Source of the DNA: a virus | Taxonomy: Duplodnaviria; Caudoviricetes | DNA: 64,000 bases | Virus record (IMG/VR): IMGVR_UViG_3300037067_010363 | Span: 4,609-68,608 of that record | Strand: one strand, 5' to 3' | Part shown: positions 61,171 to 64,000 of the stretch, one piece after another | How positions within the stretch are numbered: position 1 is the stretch's first letter | Layout of the letters: each line of letters starts with the position of its first letter | Notes under the pieces: model-generated | What the model saw: only the letters and a program-made list of their open reading frames with translations | Told to the model about the DNA's origin: nothing | Database searches by the model: none | Program-made: the position numbers and the translations under genes

Positions 61171-61362
61171 TCAATTACTATTTATTTGTTTATTTGCTAT
61201 ATCAGTTATTATCTGTTTTTTTTTACAACTTAATGTTAGATCAAGTGATTTTCTATACTCTTTTAATTCTTCAGGAAATTTAGGAAAATCTGTGAAATCT
61301 TGCAAATATTCTACTTCGTAATATTTTATAGTCTTTTCATCTGTATCTATTAATATCTTCAT
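61171..61362 (-). CDS. Hypothetical protein
   Basis: 63-aa ORF. Confidence 0.55.
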   Translation of the reverse strand: MKILIDTDEKTIKYYEVEYLQDFTDFPKFPEELKEYRKSLDLTLSCKKKQIITDIANKQINSN

Positions 61363-61394
61363 GATAATTTATATCAATTTAATTTATATATTTA

Positions 61395-62471
61395 TTAAAT
61401 AAATTTGAAATAATTTGTAGGATTAATCTCTGATATTTGATAAAAATTTATCTCTCCAATGCCTTGTCTTAAATCTTTAAAATAGTCTATTTCTTTCTTT
61501 TTTACACTATTCATATAATAGTCAGAACCGAATAATACTTTCTCTTTAATCCTTTTATCAGTCAATAATTCTTTTATGATAGGAAAAAATTCTTTATCAT
61601 GAGATGTAAAAGAAATATCAGAATATAAATTAGGATAAATAGATAATAGCATCCTGATTATACAATACCAATTTTCATCAACATTATCTACTTTGCCTGA
61701 CTTTAAGTATTCTTTCCACCAATACTCACTTCCGAAATGACACAGATTCCAATTTGATTTAGTGTAATGAGTGAGAAGTTCTCTATAATTATAAGGGTTG
61801 CTAAAATATGCAGATAGCTTTCTTTTAGATTGATTAAAGTCTATTGTATTATAGAATATACTTCCTTGTAATGCTTTTTTAAAATCATTTTTTGTTCCTC
61901 TATAATAAACAGGATTATAAGGTGAGCAATGACACATTATATTAAGATTATTCCTATTGCAGTAATCATAGACTTTCAACAATCTATTATCAAATGGTAA
62001 ACACCCAATATTAGGATATATCTTTATTCCTTTATAACCATAAACTTCTATTGCTTGTAAGAATAAATCATAATAATCTTTACTACGTGGGTCAACATGA
62101 ATAAATGGTAATATTTCAGGATATTTAAAGCTCAACCTTCCTAGTTCTTCTATTTGTGATTTATATTCCTCTTTTGTTTTCCCTGCTCCCATTTCTTGCA
62201 TATTCATAGCTAGAACAACGAACTTGCATCCGTCAGGGTATGCAGACTTCATAAGTTTAAATATTTCCTCTTGACTGTCTAAACAACCAATTTCGACAAA
62301 CTTAGCATATCTCTCAACTGCATCTTTCTCTGTGAAAGGAATAAAATGTTTTAACCCATTTACGATAATATAATAGCCTACTCTTGTTCTTAATATCTTT
62401 GCAAGTCCTAAAGGCAAAAATTTATCAGGAACAGATAATTCAGTAAAAGTATGACTATGGCAATTGTACAT
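61395..62471 (-). CDS. Amidohydrolase_2-family metal-dependent hydrolase
   Basis: NCHSH, PFIHVDPR, YKGIKIYP, IMCH, NLCHFG, LYSDIS and KVLFGSDY TIM-barrel motifs. Confidence 0.85.
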   Translation of the reverse strand: MYNCHSHTFTELSVPDKFLPLGLAKILRTRVGYYIIVNGLKHFIPFTEKDAVERYAKFVEIGCLDSQEEIFKLMKSAYPDGCKFVVLAMNMQEMGAGKTKEEYKSQIEELGRLSFKYPEILPFIHVDPRSKDYYDLFLQAIEVYGYKGIKIYPNIGCLPFDNRLLKVYDYCNRNNLNIMCHCSPYNPVYYRGTKNDFKKALQGSIFYNTIDFNQSKRKLSAYFSNPYNYRELLTHYTKSNWNLCHFGSEYWWKEYLKSGKVDNVDENWYCIIRMLLSIYPNLYSDISFTSHDKEFFPIIKELLTDKRIKEKVLFGSDYYMNSVKKKEIDYFKDLRQGIGEINFYQISEINPTNYFKFI

Positions 62472-62472
62472 A

Positions 62473-62799
62473 TCATTTTTTGTTAAAACTTGCTTTCTTG
62501 TTCAATAAATCCCAAATGAAATCTATTGAAAACCCAATAGAACAAGCGTTCATAATATTTAATTCTTTGTTGAATAAAGTTATAAATAAAACAACTGCGA
62601 CTGGTATTAACAACAATTGAAATCCTAATCTTTTAATATTCTCTTTACACCATAATTTCCAACTCAATTCTGTTGTCTTGTCTTTCCTCTTGCTAACATC
62701 AGCCAACATCTGTAAAGACATACCAATAAATCCCCAAATAGTATATACACAAAAATCTATTGTGTTAATACCTCCTAATAGTTTATCTAAAAATTCCAT
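62473..62799 (-). CDS. Holin-like membrane protein
   Basis: About 3 TM segments, basic C-terminus, next to the endolysin. Confidence 0.6.
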   Translation of the reverse strand: MEFLDKLLGGINTIDFCVYTIWGFIGMSLQMLADVSKRKDKTTELSWKLWCKENIKRLGFQLLLIPVAVVLFITLFNKELNIMNACSIGFSIDFIWDLLNKKASFNKK

Positions 62800-62804
62800 A
62801 ACGT

Positions 62805-63287
62805 CTATTCGTATATTATTAATTCTCTTTTAGGTTGGAAGTGCATACCATCAAATCTTGTAAATTTGCCTCCCCAATCCCATCCATTTCTTTCAAAGCA
62901 TCTTACAAATTCTTCTGATAGTTTAGGAATGTCTCCGCATTTATTCTCTTTAGCATTTACATCAATACCTAATCCCCAACTATGCAACGACCAATGTACA
63001 TCTTCTGCTTTTGCTGTTAAAATATTTACTTTATTATAACCTGTCATTACACGAACATTAAAGCAACCATCCCATGTTTTTAATTGATTGCCTATTCCTT
63101 CTCTTATTAAAGCATCAAATGCTTGTTGTAAAGGAAATTTTATCATTGCATTGATATATAGTTTTTTAGGCAAATTAGTGATAAATGCTGTATAGTTTTC
63201 GGGAACATTCCAAACTATCATATATTCATTCTCGCCCTTTCGAGGGTCTCCAAATTGTTTTAAACAATCTCTAGGTTGTAGTATCAT
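62805..63287 (-). CDS. Endolysin, peptidase M15 family (L-Ala-D-Glu type)
   Basis: GCFNVR...SLHSWGLGIDVN...WDWGG...DGMHFQ. Confidence 0.88.
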   Translation of the reverse strand: MILQPRDCLKQFGDPRKGENEYMIVWNVPENYTAFITNLPKKLYINAMIKFPLQQAFDALIREGIGNQLKTWDGCFNVRVMTGYNKVNILTAKAEDVHWSLHSWGLGIDVNAKENKCGDIPKLSEEFVRCFERNGWDWGGKFTRFDGMHFQPKRELIIYE

Positions 63288-63299
63288 TGTTTTGGGTTT

Positions 63300-63701
63300 T
63301 TATATCCTTTTACGCTTTATATCATCAATTTGTTTTTGAATATGACCAACTTCACCTTTTACATAGTCTTTTAACTCTGTAATCACTTCTGTCATTGCTA
63401 TTTTAAAGCCATTTGTAAAACTATCTTTTAAATCGCTAAACATCTTTTGATACTCTAATGCTTTATTTAAAGAACCATTCTGTATATTTTCAATCTTGTC
63501 ACCTAAATTCTTAATTTGTACTTCTAAACTTTCAAAAGATTCGGAAATCTCTTTATATATATCAGGAATCTTGATTTCTCTTATTCTCTTTATTTCCTCA
63601 CAGTTTGAATTTACTTTAAAAAAATAAAAAGAAACAGCAGATATTCCTGTTAATATTCCGATAACCCCTACAACTAAACTAATCCATTCAAGCAAACTCA
63701 T
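63300..63701 (-). CDS. TM plus coiled-coil protein (holin/antiholin-like)
   Basis: N-terminal TM (WISLVVGVIGILTGISAVSFYFF) followed by a coiled coil. Confidence 0.55.
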   Translation of the reverse strand: MSLLEWISLVVGVIGILTGISAVSFYFFKVNSNCEEIKRIREIKIPDIYKEISESFESLEVQIKNLGDKIENIQNGSLNKALEYQKMFSDLKDSFTNGFKIAMTEVITELKDYVKGEVGHIQKQIDDIKRKRI

Positions 63702-63879
63702 TTTTCCTTCTTTTATATTTAACTTTTAAAAAACAATTAACTACTATTGCATATACAGAAGCAATCCAAACAGAAACAATATCATAAGGAGAATTAAAAT
63801 TCAATCCTAATAATATTATTGCTATCGTTGGCAATATTAATAATAATGTATGTTTGCTTTTATATTTCAATCTAAACAT
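63688..63879 (-). CDS. Small 2-TM membrane protein
   Basis: Two hydrophobic helices in 63 aa. Confidence 0.55.
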   Translation of the reverse strand: MFRLKYKSKHTLLLILPTIAIILLGLNFNSPYDIVSVWIASVYAIVVNCFLKVKYKRRKNEFA

Positions 63880-63998
63880 TTTTTAAGCATTTCGCCTGTC
63901 AAGTAAATAACTTGTTTGACATTATCCTCTGCTGAAATAACATCTATAACAACCTCATCCACATAAAGAACTCCATAATCATCTGTACGTTCCCATTT
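63867..63998 (-). CDS. Partial ORF (3' end), hypothetical
   Basis: Open frame KWERTDDYGVLYVDEVV...KKCLD* entering from the window edge. Confidence 0.5.
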   Translation of the reverse strand, partial: KWERTDDYGVLYVDEVVIDVISAEDNVKQVIYLTGEMLKKCLD

Positions 63999-64000
63999 AC

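Noticed and set aside
1-64000. Stop-codon reassignment (TAG or TGA) as in some crAss-like phages
   Set aside because: Genes up to 5168 aa are uninterrupted in the standard code and tile the window, so there is no fragmentation to explain.
1-64000. tRNA genes, DGR reverse transcriptase, tyrosine integrase, DNA polymerase or primase
   Set aside because: No cloverleaf-sized GC-rich gaps and no YxDD RT, R-H-R-H-Y integrase or polymerase motifs were recognised. They may lie outside the window.

Overview
The window is a very AT-rich, gene-dense segment of a crAss-like (Crassvirales-type) dsDNA phage read in the standard genetic code. The host is most likely Bacteroidota, judged from SD-less AATT-ATG starts, a Q-rule signal peptide and a TAnnTTTG box. 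Two convergent blocks meet at a hairpin near 11.89 kb. The + strand (1-11.85 kb) carries accessory and replication/recombination genes: HU/IHF-like, DnaB-like helicase, RadC/JAB, SMC-like ATPase, SSB-like, Cas4-like nuclease, DUF932-like, DnaA-C HTH, RusA-like and HNH. The - strand (11.9-64 kb) is the late module: lysis genes with an amidohydrolase, TerS-like, TerL, portal, scaffold-like, MCP, ring proteins, muzzle, ejection proteins including a 5168-aa virion RNA polymerase fusion, an ART-like module, a GIY-YIG endonuclease and fibres. Two signals stand out. First, positions 1-882 hold an integron-like array of small cassettes separated by attC-like inverted repeats. Second, a Sec-signal fibre-like protein at 47797-49440 carries 18 Bacteroidota O-glycosylation sequons. 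No tRNA, CRISPR array, integrase, DNA polymerase or primase was seen. All family assignments come from motif recognition by eye; no database search was run.
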